A model generated the notes under the pieces. The model saw only the letters and a list, made by a program, of their open reading frames with translations. It was not told where the DNA came from and searched no databases. From Armatimonadetes bacterium CG2_30_59_28 (lineage in GTDB: Bacteria > Armatimonadota > Abditibacteriia > CG2-30-59-28), in NCBI GenBank assembly GCA_001872605.1, contig MNXM01000306.1, positions 6,291 to 70,290 of the forward strand: DNA of 64,000 nt. The letters are read 5' to 3'. A program made the translations under genes and the position numbers. This document shows positions 39,376 to 48,863 of the stretch, piece by piece (position 1 is the stretch's first letter; each line of letters begins with the position of its first letter).

Positions 39376-40878
39376 TCATCTTTCGCATATTGCGATAGAT
39401 CGTGAGGGGGGATAGGATCGTTCAATCCCGACCCGCGAGAAATGGTTTTGCAGTCTCTCAACGAACTGGCCTTGGTCATACCAGTCGAACCGATCCGGAT
39501 TCGCGCTATAGGCTGGAAAATACTCCGGCTCGGCCACAATGAGGGGGTCGTCTTTCGCGATGAATTCCACCAACAAATACCTGTCCGCAAACTTGCCCAG
39601 TGAGGTAAGGATATCATCAAACCCTTTCCCAAGTCCCAGCGCCAAGTGATGAATGATTCCCAAGGCAAGCGCCATCTCACACCGAAGCCGCTCGGTGGCG
39701 GGCCGGAGAAGCGGTGCGTTGTCCTCACGATGTCGGTTTCCTGAATGGTCATCCCACGGCATCGGTGGGAGCTCGGGCGTCGGCCGCATGATGTCCATGA
39801 CGAGAGGCAGTATATCCGCTTCTTCTGTCTTCGCCCTTCGATACAGGATGTCCATACACGCTTCATCGGTGTCGAAGGCCACCACCTTGCACCCCAGCCT
39901 TGCCGCAAGGCGAGAGAACCAACCGGTATTGCTGGCCGCGTCCAGGACCGTGGCTGGCCGAAAATGCTGAATGGCTTCGTAAATAACCCGCTGCTTGTTG
40001 GTCCATTCCCGCACAGGTTCCAGAGGGAAGTCTTCGCTCTTGGCTGTGTAGTAATCGCTGTAGTCGCTGAACTTTTGTGCGACAGCCAGCGACTCCACTT
40101 CTCTTCGCAACAATGACAGGAACTTGTGCTTGCGGGCTCCCGCCTCCGCCAGCGCGAACTTGCGCCGCAGCACCCGCACACCGTAACGAACCCAGCGAGG
40201 CGAGAAAATCGGGAAGACCTCGGACAGACTAATACTGCCGTTCCCCGAATTTAGAGTTGTCTCGAAAACCCTCCTCCTTGCCGCTGCCGGACCCTTGCGG
40301 CGCAGCATGTAGAGAGGAAACAAGAAGTACGGAACACACATACGATGAAACATCGCATAGAAAGCATTATCGTATTCGGTCCACAAGCGGCTAAATAGCC
40401 AACTTGGAGAGCAGTCGCGCAGGTGCTCCTCATGCACAAGCTCGTTTGTTGGGGTAATCGAGGTGAAATCTACGAACACCGGACGAGTTGCGTCGAACAG
40501 GATGTTCCAGGGGTGCCAATCCTTGAGGGTCAAGTCATGCTCTCCAAGTTGATCCAGCAGATCGATATGGAATAGAGCGGCATCCTTCAGCATGGAGGCC
40601 GGCCATTCATGCGGATAGGTGGCGAAAGGGATTCTCTGGTGCTGAAGCACGCGCTCGTAGTTCCTGAACCGAGGTGTGAATTCTGCCGGCCGGGTAGGGA
40701 CAATCCCGTACTGGAACAAATTGTGCCGTTCACACTCATCCAGTATGTCGCCGCATCGATCACCAAAGCCCGGGTAAATGCCGCGATAGATTTTACCCCC
40801 TTGAACAAAGACCTCGCCACAGGGATCGAACCCAAGGTAGCGAACGGTCTCATCGGGATGCCCTCTTCCCGGGCTCAT
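39376..40878 (-). CDS. NoeA-like protein: N-terminal kinase-like region plus C-terminal SAM methyltransferase
   Basis: N-terminal YPHEW...LKDAAL and LKDWHPWNILF...FVDF. C-terminal VLDAASNTGWFS, ALGIIHHL and LLVEF. Confidence 0.75.
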   Translation of the reverse strand: MSPGRGHPDETVRYLGFDPCGEVFVQGGKIYRGIYPGFGDRCGDILDECERHNLFQYGIVPTRPAEFTPRFRNYERVLQHQRIPFATYPHEWPASMLKDAALFHIDLLDQLGEHDLTLKDWHPWNILFDATRPVFVDFTSITPTNELVHEEHLRDCSPSWLFSRLWTEYDNAFYAMFHRMCVPYFLFPLYMLRRKGPAAARRRVFETTLNSGNGSISLSEVFPIFSPRWVRYGVRVLRRKFALAEAGARKHKFLSLLRREVESLAVAQKFSDYSDYYTAKSEDFPLEPVREWTNKQRVIYEAIQHFRPATVLDAASNTGWFSRLAARLGCKVVAFDTDEACMDILYRRAKTEEADILPLVMDIMRPTPELPPMPWDDHSGNRHREDNAPLLRPATERLRCEMALALGIIHHLALGLGKGFDDILTSLGKFADRYLLVEFIAKDDPLIVAEPEYFPAYSANPDRFDWYDQGQFVERLQNHFSRVGIERSYPPSRSIAICER

Positions 40879-42572
40879 GTGTGTCTCTCAGCAAGTTGCA
40901 CTAATCCCTCATCCATAACAAAATCCTGCCCATCCATGATCCGCTCGCAAAGGAAGTCCACAAATGGGTCCGCTCCCGGTAGCAGCATTTCTCGCTTGTC
41001 ATACCGAAAACTCCACCAAGTGGAATTCGGGTCTCGAACGACGGGAAAGGGAATCTGCCGTTCCACAAAATAGCAGTACGCGTACTTGCGCGCGAGCGCC
41101 CATTGTTCATCCGTCAATATCGGGATACTCGCGGCTTTCCGCAGCAGGGCGCGGTAATCGTCTGGGTTCAGCCCATCATGCGTGAATCCTTTGCCTCCAT
41201 AGTGAGCCTCGCCCGCCAATATCACCGGCTTCCCATGAAGGGCCAGTTCCAGTCCGGATGTCCCATACACCGTAACCCCGCCGTCGACCAGGTGGAAAAA
41301 GTCGAGCGGACTAATCTCCTCCTCCGCACGAATGATTCTCACGTGAGACGGCAAGGCTGGGAAGTGACGGTCGAGAAGACATTGCACCCCACTGTCCGGA
41401 TTATCCCACGCTTCCGCCGGATGGACTTTCACCAGCCACTGGACTTCCGGAATCTCCACAATGGTTCGCACGGTATCCAGCATCCAATCGTCGAATGTCT
41501 CGTACGCCATCGGTGAATAGTCGCTTACGCAGTCCCAGTTGATGTGGGACATGATGCCCCAAACCGGTTTGTCGCTGCCCCCCGAGTATTTTCCGCGCAA
41601 CGCGTCAACGTTCCCCATGTACTCGTGGAAGTGTTTCATGTCGAAGCTGACTTGCTTGTGATACCGATCGCGAAGGAAAGCGTCCAGCCTCTCGTTCTGT
41701 TCGACTGAGAGCGTTCTCGCGCGACACGCCTCCCAGGCCGCGTCGCTCATGTTGTGGAAGTCCAGTCGACTCCCGTCGTCGATGTGTCGGAAGTAAAACC
41801 GCGCAGTCAGATAGGAACCCATCCAGGCCGTCACTGGAATGGAGCGCGTTAGCGCGGTGTGCAACGGCGGTCCCCAATCGACATACGTGCCGTGAGACGT
41901 GAAGACTCTGTCAGGTTTGTGGCGGTCATAGGCAACTTGTGCGGCCGCGGCGCTGACCAGCGCGCTGTAGGCGTACTCCCGAACGACCTCTTCATGACCA
42001 TCGATACTGTGTCCCTGTAAGTAGCGGATGATCGCCGACCGCGCGTTCTTCCCGACCGGCAGGTCCCCGCATTTCACATCATCCAGGTTCCCCCAGCGGA
42101 TCGACTCGGTCGCGTCCCATAGTTGTGCTCTCAGCCGTTCCGGCACATAGTCTCCGTTGGAACTGTAAGGCACGGCCATCGCCTCAAGCACCTCCGTCGT
42201 CGCGGCGCGGCAGGCGGAGCAGGTTGTCTGCCATTCCGCAACGGGAACGCTGTCATCCACTTCTCGAGCCATGCAGGCGCGGTAGGGACCGTCACAGATA
42301 ATTGCGTGAATGTCGATGCCTCTGACCATCAAGACAACCGCGATCGCGCTCTCCAGTTCCAGCATCAGCGGCATTCCACCCGGCACCCAGAAGAGCACTC
42401 GCTGGCCAGTGGGTGCAGCGCGAGAAGTAGCCAGGAGGTCTTCCATCATCCTGTGCTTCTCCACTGTACGGAGGGGCCATCCCTTCTGTAACCGCCGCCC
42501 AACCGGAATCGTCCACAGCAGCGGACTTAACAGACGTCGGAGCGACTTACTGAAGAAGGTCGGTTCACTCAT
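40875..42572 (-). CDS. Capsule polysaccharide biosynthesis protein (KpsS/KpsC-like); candidate CMP-nonulosonate transferase
   Basis: Start set at MSEPTFF. Motifs WLVKVHP(AE) and TVYGTSGLE.AL.GKPVI.G...Y.GKGFT.D, typical of Capsule_synth GT-B proteins. Confidence 0.7.
   Translation of the reverse strand: MSEPTFFSKSLRRLLSPLLWTIPVGRRLQKGWPLRTVEKHRMMEDLLATSRAAPTGQRVLFWVPGGMPLMLELESAIAVVLMVRGIDIHAIICDGPYRACMAREVDDSVPVAEWQTTCSACRAATTEVLEAMAVPYSSNGDYVPERLRAQLWDATESIRWGNLDDVKCGDLPVGKNARSAIIRYLQGHSIDGHEEVVREYAYSALVSAAAAQVAYDRHKPDRVFTSHGTYVDWGPPLHTALTRSIPVTAWMGSYLTARFYFRHIDDGSRLDFHNMSDAAWEACRARTLSVEQNERLDAFLRDRYHKQVSFDMKHFHEYMGNVDALRGKYSGGSDKPVWGIMSHINWDCVSDYSPMAYETFDDWMLDTVRTIVEIPEVQWLVKVHPAEAWDNPDSGVQCLLDRHFPALPSHVRIIRAEEEISPLDFFHLVDGGVTVYGTSGLELALHGKPVILAGEAHYGGKGFTHDGLNPDDYRALLRKAASIPILTDEQWALARKYAYCYFVERQIPFPVVRDPNSTWWSFRYDKREMLLPGADPFVDFLCERIMDGQDFVMDEGLVQLAERHT
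40908..40985. repeat. Direct repeat copy B, within the 3' end of the capsule-synthesis gene
   Basis: Near-identical to 37930-38008; the two copies are 2,978 bp apart. Confidence 0.92.
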
Positions 42573-42588
42573 CGGGGTAGGAGCTGCA

Positions 42589-43986
42589 TCAAAGGCATGG
42601 CGGTATGGGGTGGGTGCCGATCGGCGCCAAATCGTGACCTTCCAGGAATCGCACAAACTCCAATAGCAGGTAATCATTGAAACGTCTGGAAACCACCTGC
42701 GCGCCGAAGGGCAACCCGTGCGGGCCCGCGAATACCGGAAGACTAATGGCCGGAACCCCGCAGAGCGTCCAGACGAGGCACGCGTCCGGCCGATCGACGG
42801 AATCCAGACCCCGCAGTGGTTCTCCTCCGGTTGACAGACCCAGCACAACGTCGCAATGATCGCAGAGAAGATAATCGAGCTCGCGAGCCAATTGATTCTG
42901 CCGGTCAAGGGCGTTCTTGTACTGATCCAACGAGATTCCATTGCCTCTCTCAATGATCTCATACATGATGCCACTGATAAGGGTTCGCTCTTTGAACTCC
43001 TCCTTGAAGTAGTACGCAAGCGTACGGTCATAGATGATGGAGTGGACTTCGTGTGCTTCGCTGAAGGATGGTGGGAGATCACGATAGTCAACAACAATGT
43101 CGTCGAGTTGACTGAGTTGGTCTGCGTAGCGCAGGAGGGATTTTTGCGCGTATTTCTCAGCACAATCCCACTTCGGCCCCCTGACTACGGCCACTCGCCA
43201 AGGGCGGTCTCCCTTGGTCCGCCGCGCCGGATCACTGAACGCCGCGTTGCTGATCGGATAATCCGGGCCGTGCACCCGGATCGCCTCGAACATCAGGGAG
43301 AGATCATCGACGTTCCGCGCGAAGAAACCCACCGTGTCCAGAGAATCCGTGGTCTTCAGCATCCCGGTGCGGGGAATGAGTCCGAAAGAGGGCTTGAAGC
43401 CATAGATCCCGCAGTAGCTTGCGGGGCGAATCGTCGATCCGGCGGTCTGCGTTCCGAGCGCCAACGGCGTCATGTACGCCGCCACGGCCGCCGCTGAGCC
43501 ACTGGAGGATGTCCCCGGCATATACTCCGGGTTGTGTGGGTTTTTCGTGGGACCGGGCGTGTGAACTGCAAATTCCGCCGTAACCGTTTTCCCAAGAACG
43601 ACTCCACCAGCCATGCGGCAACTATGGACCACTCGGGCATCGTTTCCTGGCTGGAAATCCTTCCAGATCGGACTTCCCATTTGCGTGGGTAAGTCTCTCG
43701 TGTTGAAGATGTCCTTGACACCAATGGGGATGCCGCCTAACACGCCCACGCCCTCGCCGGTCCGCAGCCTTTCGTCCACACTCTCTGCCTGTTGTAGAGC
43801 CAGACTCGAATTGATGTGTGACCAGGCATTGATAGACCCATCCCATTGGTCTATGCGGTCGAGACACGCCCGCACATAGTCACGCGCGCTCAGTTCCCCT
43901 GCTCGAATGCGACCGGAGGCTTCCGTTGCACTGAAGAGTACAGGCTTGTCATTCATTCGTTGTGCCGCTCCACGGGTATCCGTCAA
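42589..43986 (-). CDS. Amidase signature family enzyme (GatA-like)
   Basis: Catalytic triad motifs PIGVKDIF (Lys), GTSSSGSAAAV (cis-Ser) and GTQTAGSTIRPASYCG (Ser). The start may be 43956. Confidence 0.9.
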   Translation of the reverse strand: MTDTRGAAQRMNDKPVLFSATEASGRIRAGELSARDYVRACLDRIDQWDGSINAWSHINSSLALQQAESVDERLRTGEGVGVLGGIPIGVKDIFNTRDLPTQMGSPIWKDFQPGNDARVVHSCRMAGGVVLGKTVTAEFAVHTPGPTKNPHNPEYMPGTSSSGSAAAVAAYMTPLALGTQTAGSTIRPASYCGIYGFKPSFGLIPRTGMLKTTDSLDTVGFFARNVDDLSLMFEAIRVHGPDYPISNAAFSDPARRTKGDRPWRVAVVRGPKWDCAEKYAQKSLLRYADQLSQLDDIVVDYRDLPPSFSEAHEVHSIIYDRTLAYYFKEEFKERTLISGIMYEIIERGNGISLDQYKNALDRQNQLARELDYLLCDHCDVVLGLSTGGEPLRGLDSVDRPDACLVWTLCGVPAISLPVFAGPHGLPFGAQVVSRRFNDYLLLEFVRFLEGHDLAPIGTHPIPPCL

Positions 43987-43994
43987 GTCGCCTT

Positions 43995-45155
43995 CTACGC
44001 GACCGGTTCGTGAGTTCGGCGGTATCCTTCCACTGCTTCCACGAACTGTTGCTCCGTCAGGGCCGGGATTGCCAATTTCCTGCGATGCTCAGCCATCACG
44101 GCCTCAAATTCGTCTTCGGTTAATCCGGTAATTTCGAGGTAGTAGTCCAGAGCGGGAGGTCGTTCCGAGTCATGCTTCTTTGCCATCTCAAAGGCCTCGT
44201 CGCGCGTCATCAATCCCGCGCGAACGTCGGCACTGGCATGATCGGTGCCGCGACCAAAGCCCCTCTTCAGAAACTTCGTGTAGTCATGCACCCCGGCCAT
44301 ACGACATTCCACGCTTTTGTAGCGTTTGTAGCTTCCCTCAACATGATCCTCCCGCCACCCGTAAACATCCCGGACGAATTCCATCTGGCGCTCGTCGTCC
44401 CAGAAGATGTAATCGCCGAGGTGGATACCGATGACTCCCACTTTCTCCAGCTCCTCGACGGAAGGCAGCTTGAATCCAGCGAGATCTCGCAGGGGTATCT
44501 CATCGCAAGCCATTTGTTCCGGGTAGAGCTTCGCGGATACCTGGGTGAAGTAGTCCCGGTCGAACCGTCGCACGGGGTCGTAGTGGGTGGCGCGTCCGGA
44601 AGCCTCGGCAATGGATTCCCCCCAGACGATCAGCGGGATATGGTATTTTACAGCGATCTGCAGCGGAAACGCCCCAACGCCCTGGTGACAATGCCAGCAC
44701 GCGTCGCCGATGGTGAACAGCGATCGCCGCGCCAGCCTGTTCACCAGACCCCGGCTCGGAGTGAATATGATGTGATCCACATCGAATTTCTCCAGAGCGT
44801 TCTGAAGGTTGTATTTTCCCGCATCGCTGAACCAATTGTGGCTGAAAGTAACCGCCAATGGTTTCATGTGGTAAACTTTGGTGAGAACGTGAAGCTGAAA
44901 GGTGCTGTCCTTTCCGCCGCTAATCGGGACCAGGCAATCATAATCATTCCCCAGGCTCTTGTGATGGTCAAGAATCTCACGGAGCTTCTCCTCACGCGAA
45001 GTCCAGTCGATGTGAATCTTCTGCTCAGACGACTGGCACGCTTGGCAGATGCCCATCTCATCAAACTTGATTCCTTCGTTTGACTCCGGCATGCAGCAGC
45101 GGGTGCAGTAGTGCATATCCCGGAACATCGGTTGGCCGTAATCAGGACTCGACAT
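43995..45155 (-). CDS. N-acetyl sugar amidotransferase (PseA/WbuX family)
   Basis: Motifs YCTRCCMP...CQAC, PP-loop SGGKDS, CWHCH, WGE and KFLKRGFGR.TD. Confidence 0.88.
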   Translation of the reverse strand: MSSPDYGQPMFRDMHYCTRCCMPESNEGIKFDEMGICQACQSSEQKIHIDWTSREEKLREILDHHKSLGNDYDCLVPISGGKDSTFQLHVLTKVYHMKPLAVTFSHNWFSDAGKYNLQNALEKFDVDHIIFTPSRGLVNRLARRSLFTIGDACWHCHQGVGAFPLQIAVKYHIPLIVWGESIAEASGRATHYDPVRRFDRDYFTQVSAKLYPEQMACDEIPLRDLAGFKLPSVEELEKVGVIGIHLGDYIFWDDERQMEFVRDVYGWREDHVEGSYKRYKSVECRMAGVHDYTKFLKRGFGRGTDHASADVRAGLMTRDEAFEMAKKHDSERPPALDYYLEITGLTEDEFEAVMAEHRRKLAIPALTEQQFVEAVEGYRRTHEPVA

Positions 45156-45167
45156 CGTGCTTACTCC

Positions 45168-45734
45168 TTACGCCGTTCCTTCGCCTTGCCAGTGAGCTGC
45201 ATATTCGTTTCCAAGTACGCCAAACTCAAGGATGTCCACGTAGCGGCCGTCCTTGAAAGCTGCCTCGCGTCGGCGTCCTTCTTCCCTCATGCCGAGGTAC
45301 AGGGCCAGACGCTGCATGGTCTCATTGTCCTCAAACGTGCCGCAGTGAACCCGATGGAGGTTGAGAGCATTGAACCCGTGGTCCAGCAGAAGTCGTGCAG
45401 CATCCCTACCGTACCCGTTCCCCCACGCAGTCCTGTCTCCAATCAGAATGGCGAACTCGGCCGACCGGTTCACCCAGTTGATCTCCTGAAGAGCGATATT
45501 GCCGACGTGCCGGTCATCCTCCCGTAGCACGATGGCAAGGACGACGCAATCACGAGACTGCGCAACGCGTCGGACATGCTCAACCGCAGCACCCACGCCA
45601 TACGGGAAGGTGTGATGCGAGTTTCCGCGGCATACTTCCTCATCGTTGAACCACGATGGGTACGGCCCATCACAGTCGCTTTCGCAAAGGGGACGCAGGT
45701 AAACTCTCTCGCCGATGAGAAATGGATTGATCAT
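45168..45734 (-). CDS. GNAT N-acetyltransferase (RimL/PseH-like)
   Basis: Motifs HVGNIAL, AEFAILIGD...WGNGYG and GMREEG.RR. Confidence 0.85.
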   Translation of the reverse strand: MINPFLIGERVYLRPLCESDCDGPYPSWFNDEEVCRGNSHHTFPYGVGAAVEHVRRVAQSRDCVVLAIVLREDDRHVGNIALQEINWVNRSAEFAILIGDRTAWGNGYGRDAARLLLDHGFNALNLHRVHCGTFEDNETMQRLALYLGMREEGRRREAAFKDGRYVDILEFGVLGNEYAAHWQGEGTA

Positions 45735-45746
45735 CTGTCGCCTCCT

Positions 45747-47024
45747 TCAATCCTGCAGTTCGTGCGTGTGCTCAAGCACCTTATCGATGCCTGTGACAAC
45801 ATCCTCCAAATCCTTCGCGGCCAGGCTGGCGTGAACCAAATCCGTAAACATCAGTTCCTCGAGATACATCCGCTCCGTGACCGGGCAAATGCCTTTCTCA
45901 TAGTTCACATTGCCCTCATAGTAGGGTGGCGTAAAGGGACAACCGTTCGCGCCATAGCCGGTGCGACTTTGGTACATGGGTTCCAGATAGATGGGTTTCA
46001 TGTAGCCTTTGTACATCGGGATGCCCTCGGCGTTGAGAGCTTCCACAAAGCGGTCACGGTGCACACCCAGCGCCTGCGCGTCGTAACGGATCGCGAATTC
46101 GTAATAGCCGTGCCGCACGCAGTCCCTGACGACGGGTGGCGTGATACCCCGCAGGTGCTTCAGCCTGTCTCTCAGGAAATCAGCAGCTTCGATGCGCGGG
46201 AGCAGCAACCTCTCCAGCTTTTTCAGTTGCTCCGATGCGATGGCTGCCTCCACTTCTGTCATCCGGTAGTTGAACCCAATCAGATTCGAGATGTCGTCAA
46301 CGCCCTTGTTCCCTACCACTACTTCGCCGTGGTTGCGGATGAGTTGCAGCCGTTCGGCGAACCGGTCGTCGTTGGTGACGACCACGCCACCCTCGCCGCA
46401 TTGTATGGTTTTGTGGCAGTTGAGGCTGAAAACGCCGATATGGGCCAGCGTGCCGGCGAACCGGCCATGGTATTGAGCTCCCGGTGCCTGGGCCGCATCC
46501 TCGATCACGACCAGGTTGTGCTCTGCTGCGAGCGCCATGATTCCATCGAAGTCTGCGGGGTGGCCAAACAGGTCCACCGTAATAATCGCTTTGGTACGAG
46601 GCGACAGCACCTGCCGAATGGTCTCCGGTGTGATACAGAAGGTTTCCGGGTCGATGTCCGCGAAGACGGGCACGGCGTTGTACATTAGCGCGCCGGTCGC
46701 GGAGGCGGTCATCGTGTAGGGAGAGACAATAACCTCATCACCCGGACTGACCCCCGCCGCGCCCACCGCGGCATACAGACCGGACGTCGCGGAGTTCACG
46801 CTAACGGCGTGCCTGACGCCGAAGTACTCTTCCCACTCTCGTTCCAGCTTCCGTACCCTCGGCCCGCCATAGAATTGTGGCGACCAAGTGCCGAGGTAGC
46901 CGGAGAGGACACCGGTGTCCAGCACCTCCATGACGGCACGTTTCTCTTCCTCGCCGATGGTGACGTACCGCGGGAACGGATCGGCTCGCACCGGCTTCCC
47001 GCCACAGAGTGCAAGTTTGGCCAT
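45747..47024 (-). CDS. DegT/DnrJ/EryC1/StrS aminotransferase
   Basis: Motifs VNSATSGL, IEDAAQA, SLNCHK.IQCGEGG and GFNYRMTE. Confidence 0.9.
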   Translation of the reverse strand: MAKLALCGGKPVRADPFPRYVTIGEEEKRAVMEVLDTGVLSGYLGTWSPQFYGGPRVRKLEREWEEYFGVRHAVSVNSATSGLYAAVGAAGVSPGDEVIVSPYTMTASATGALMYNAVPVFADIDPETFCITPETIRQVLSPRTKAIITVDLFGHPADFDGIMALAAEHNLVVIEDAAQAPGAQYHGRFAGTLAHIGVFSLNCHKTIQCGEGGVVVTNDDRFAERLQLIRNHGEVVVGNKGVDDISNLIGFNYRMTEVEAAIASEQLKKLERLLLPRIEAADFLRDRLKHLRGITPPVVRDCVRHGYYEFAIRYDAQALGVHRDRFVEALNAEGIPMYKGYMKPIYLEPMYQSRTGYGANGCPFTPPYYEGNVNYEKGICPVTERMYLEELMFTDLVHASLAAKDLEDVVTGIDKVLEHTHELQD

Positions 47025-47026
47025 CG

Positions 47027-48178
47027 TTAGTGCGCCATTCCATCACAGGTTGAGATCGAGAATACCATTTGGCAGATCAAGTCGACGACGCGACTCGTCG
47101 CGAGGCCGTCTGTCTTGAGGTTCTCGAGGTTCTTCCGCATGGCCGCGCGCGTCTGCTCATTCAGCAGCAGGTTTTCTGTCACGGCCTCAATTTCCTCGGC
47201 AGCATACACCGGACGACTGTAGTCGGAACGGTTGGTGGGCAGCATGTCCGGGCGACGCAAACCAGGCTGCAGACTCAGCGTGACGCAACCAAGATAGCAT
47301 GTCTCGACCAGCAATTCGGTGTTCATGCCGACCACGAGGTCGGCCGCGAGGGCGACGGCGCGCGCTTCACCGTTCGTGGAGACCACAACCGCCACGCGCT
47401 CCCCCTTCATCTCCGTGTATTTGCCCGCGGGTTCGCGAGGGTGAGGTCTGACCGCCAAAACGACTCTGCGCCCGTCCCTCGTTGCGATGCTGTCGAGCGC
47501 ATCCACGAGCATTCTGACCACGCTCTCTTCCGTATACCCCAGGTAGTTGGGATGAGCGGGATCGTCTCCATATAGTTCGGCCAGAGGCTGTGACGCAAAG
47601 AGCACCAGAAGGTCCTCCGGTCCTGCGCCAAGCTGTCGGCGTATGGCCGTTCCAGTCATTTCAGAAAAATTCCTGCGCCACCAGACTAAGTCATCAAACG
47701 CTGGCTGCCCCGTAATCTCCAGCAGGGAGGGAGGAAAGCCTTCCGCAATCATCTCCTCCCGCGCCACTTCGTCCATCACCGCGATTCGGTTAGGCAGATA
47801 GGAGAGGTTACCCTCAGCATCGCTGAATCGTCGGGTGTAGTTCGACCAGAAATCCAGGAGGGCCAGTGAGGCTGTACCCAGTTCGCGCGCCGCGGCGATG
47901 AAGCGCTTCTCCAACTCGACGTCGTTGCATGAGGTGCCCGTGAGTAGAAACGATGCAGTCGCGTTCTCGAGTAACTCTTGCGCGTCCTCGACGGACGTGG
48001 TGTCTAACAACCGCTCATGGGCCCAGCCACGTTTTTCCCAAATGGAGCACGCTTCACGGTAGCCGAACAGTTGCAGCCGCACGACTCCGTGCCACCGGAG
48101 CGCCTGCAACACGGGCAGAACAGCGTTCGCCCCACCGGGATCTCCGCAGACGACAGCGACCGTTGGTGGGTCAGACAT
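47027..48178 (-). CDS. Uncharacterised GT-B-fold protein (nonulosonate transferase or hydrolase candidate)
   Basis: Motifs DPGGAN, LDFWSNY..RF, ITGQP.FD, VRPHPRE (HP motif) and DLVVGMNT.LL.E. Confidence 0.55.
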   Translation of the reverse strand: MSDPPTVAVVCGDPGGANAVLPVLQALRWHGVVRLQLFGYREACSIWEKRGWAHERLLDTTSVEDAQELLENATASFLLTGTSCNDVELEKRFIAAARELGTASLALLDFWSNYTRRFSDAEGNLSYLPNRIAVMDEVAREEMIAEGFPPSLLEITGQPAFDDLVWWRRNFSEMTGTAIRRQLGAGPEDLLVLFASQPLAELYGDDPAHPNYLGYTEESVVRMLVDALDSIATRDGRRVVLAVRPHPREPAGKYTEMKGERVAVVVSTNGEARAVALAADLVVGMNTELLVETCYLGCVTLSLQPGLRRPDMLPTNRSDYSRPVYAAEEIEAVTENLLLNEQTRAAMRKNLENLKTDGLATSRVVDLICQMVFSISTCDGMAH

Positions 48179-48863
48179 GAGTGGCTCGCACCCAGCGAAT
48201 CAATTCAAAAGCCTCCGCTGCATCCAGCCCCGACGCGCTGCCCCAACGTCGGGCTTGGGCGCGGATGGACTGCGGCGATCTGGGATGTGGGAAGTCCCGG
48301 GACTCGCTTTCATACACGGCCATTGCCTGGATTTTGGCGTCAAGCGTCGATGCCACATCGACGAACACATTCGGCTTGAAAGCCGGAGCGAAGCTATCGA
48401 AAGCCCACTCGGTGGAGGAGGGGACCTCGTATGCGTACACCGCCTCAACTGTGCAGCCTCGCACGGGACGCGTCGCGGTTAGCGTTGCCCGGAAGGTGAT
48501 CACGTGGTCGATGTTCAGGTCGCCACCGTGCTGCGTGTAAATCACGCGCGGCTGCACACGATCAACCACCGCTTCGATTAGTTTCACAATCTCCAGAAGG
48601 GGCACCGTGTCGAACCGGTTATCGGGAAGATCGTGGATGATCACATTCTGCACGCCAAGCAACTGATTGGTGCTTCGGGCGTTGGCGTGGAGATCTTCGA
48701 GTAGCGCTCCCTCCGCTTCGCTGCGGTTCGCGTAGCGGGATGTCAGCCCCTCACCGAGAATGACAACGTGAACGTCTTCCCCCGCTGCTGTCAGGCGCGC
48801 CATGGTTCCCCCGCATCCGAGGACTTCGTCATCAGGATGTGCGGCGATAATCAGTGTGCTCAT
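48171..48863 (-). CDS. PIG-L/LmbE-family N-deacetylase
   Basis: Motifs AHPDDEVLGCGGT, PDNRFD, DLNIDH and YEVPSSTEW. Confidence 0.9.
   Translation of the reverse strand: MSTLIIAAHPDDEVLGCGGTMARLTAAGEDVHVVILGEGLTSRYANRSEAEGALLEDLHANARSTNQLLGVQNVIIHDLPDNRFDTVPLLEIVKLIEAVVDRVQPRVIYTQHGGDLNIDHVITFRATLTATRPVRGCTVEAVYAYEVPSSTEWAFDSFAPAFKPNVFVDVASTLDAKIQAMAVYESESRDFPHPRSPQSIRAQARRWGSASGLDAAEAFELIRWVRATHV

Noticed and set aside
39285..40181. N-terminal extension making the GT4 a 714-aa protein; likewise the extensions at 42573-43163, 11782-12135 and 30634-30774
   Set aside because: Each extension overlaps a real upstream gene in another frame and reads as non-protein-like. Downstream starts fit the family N-termini.
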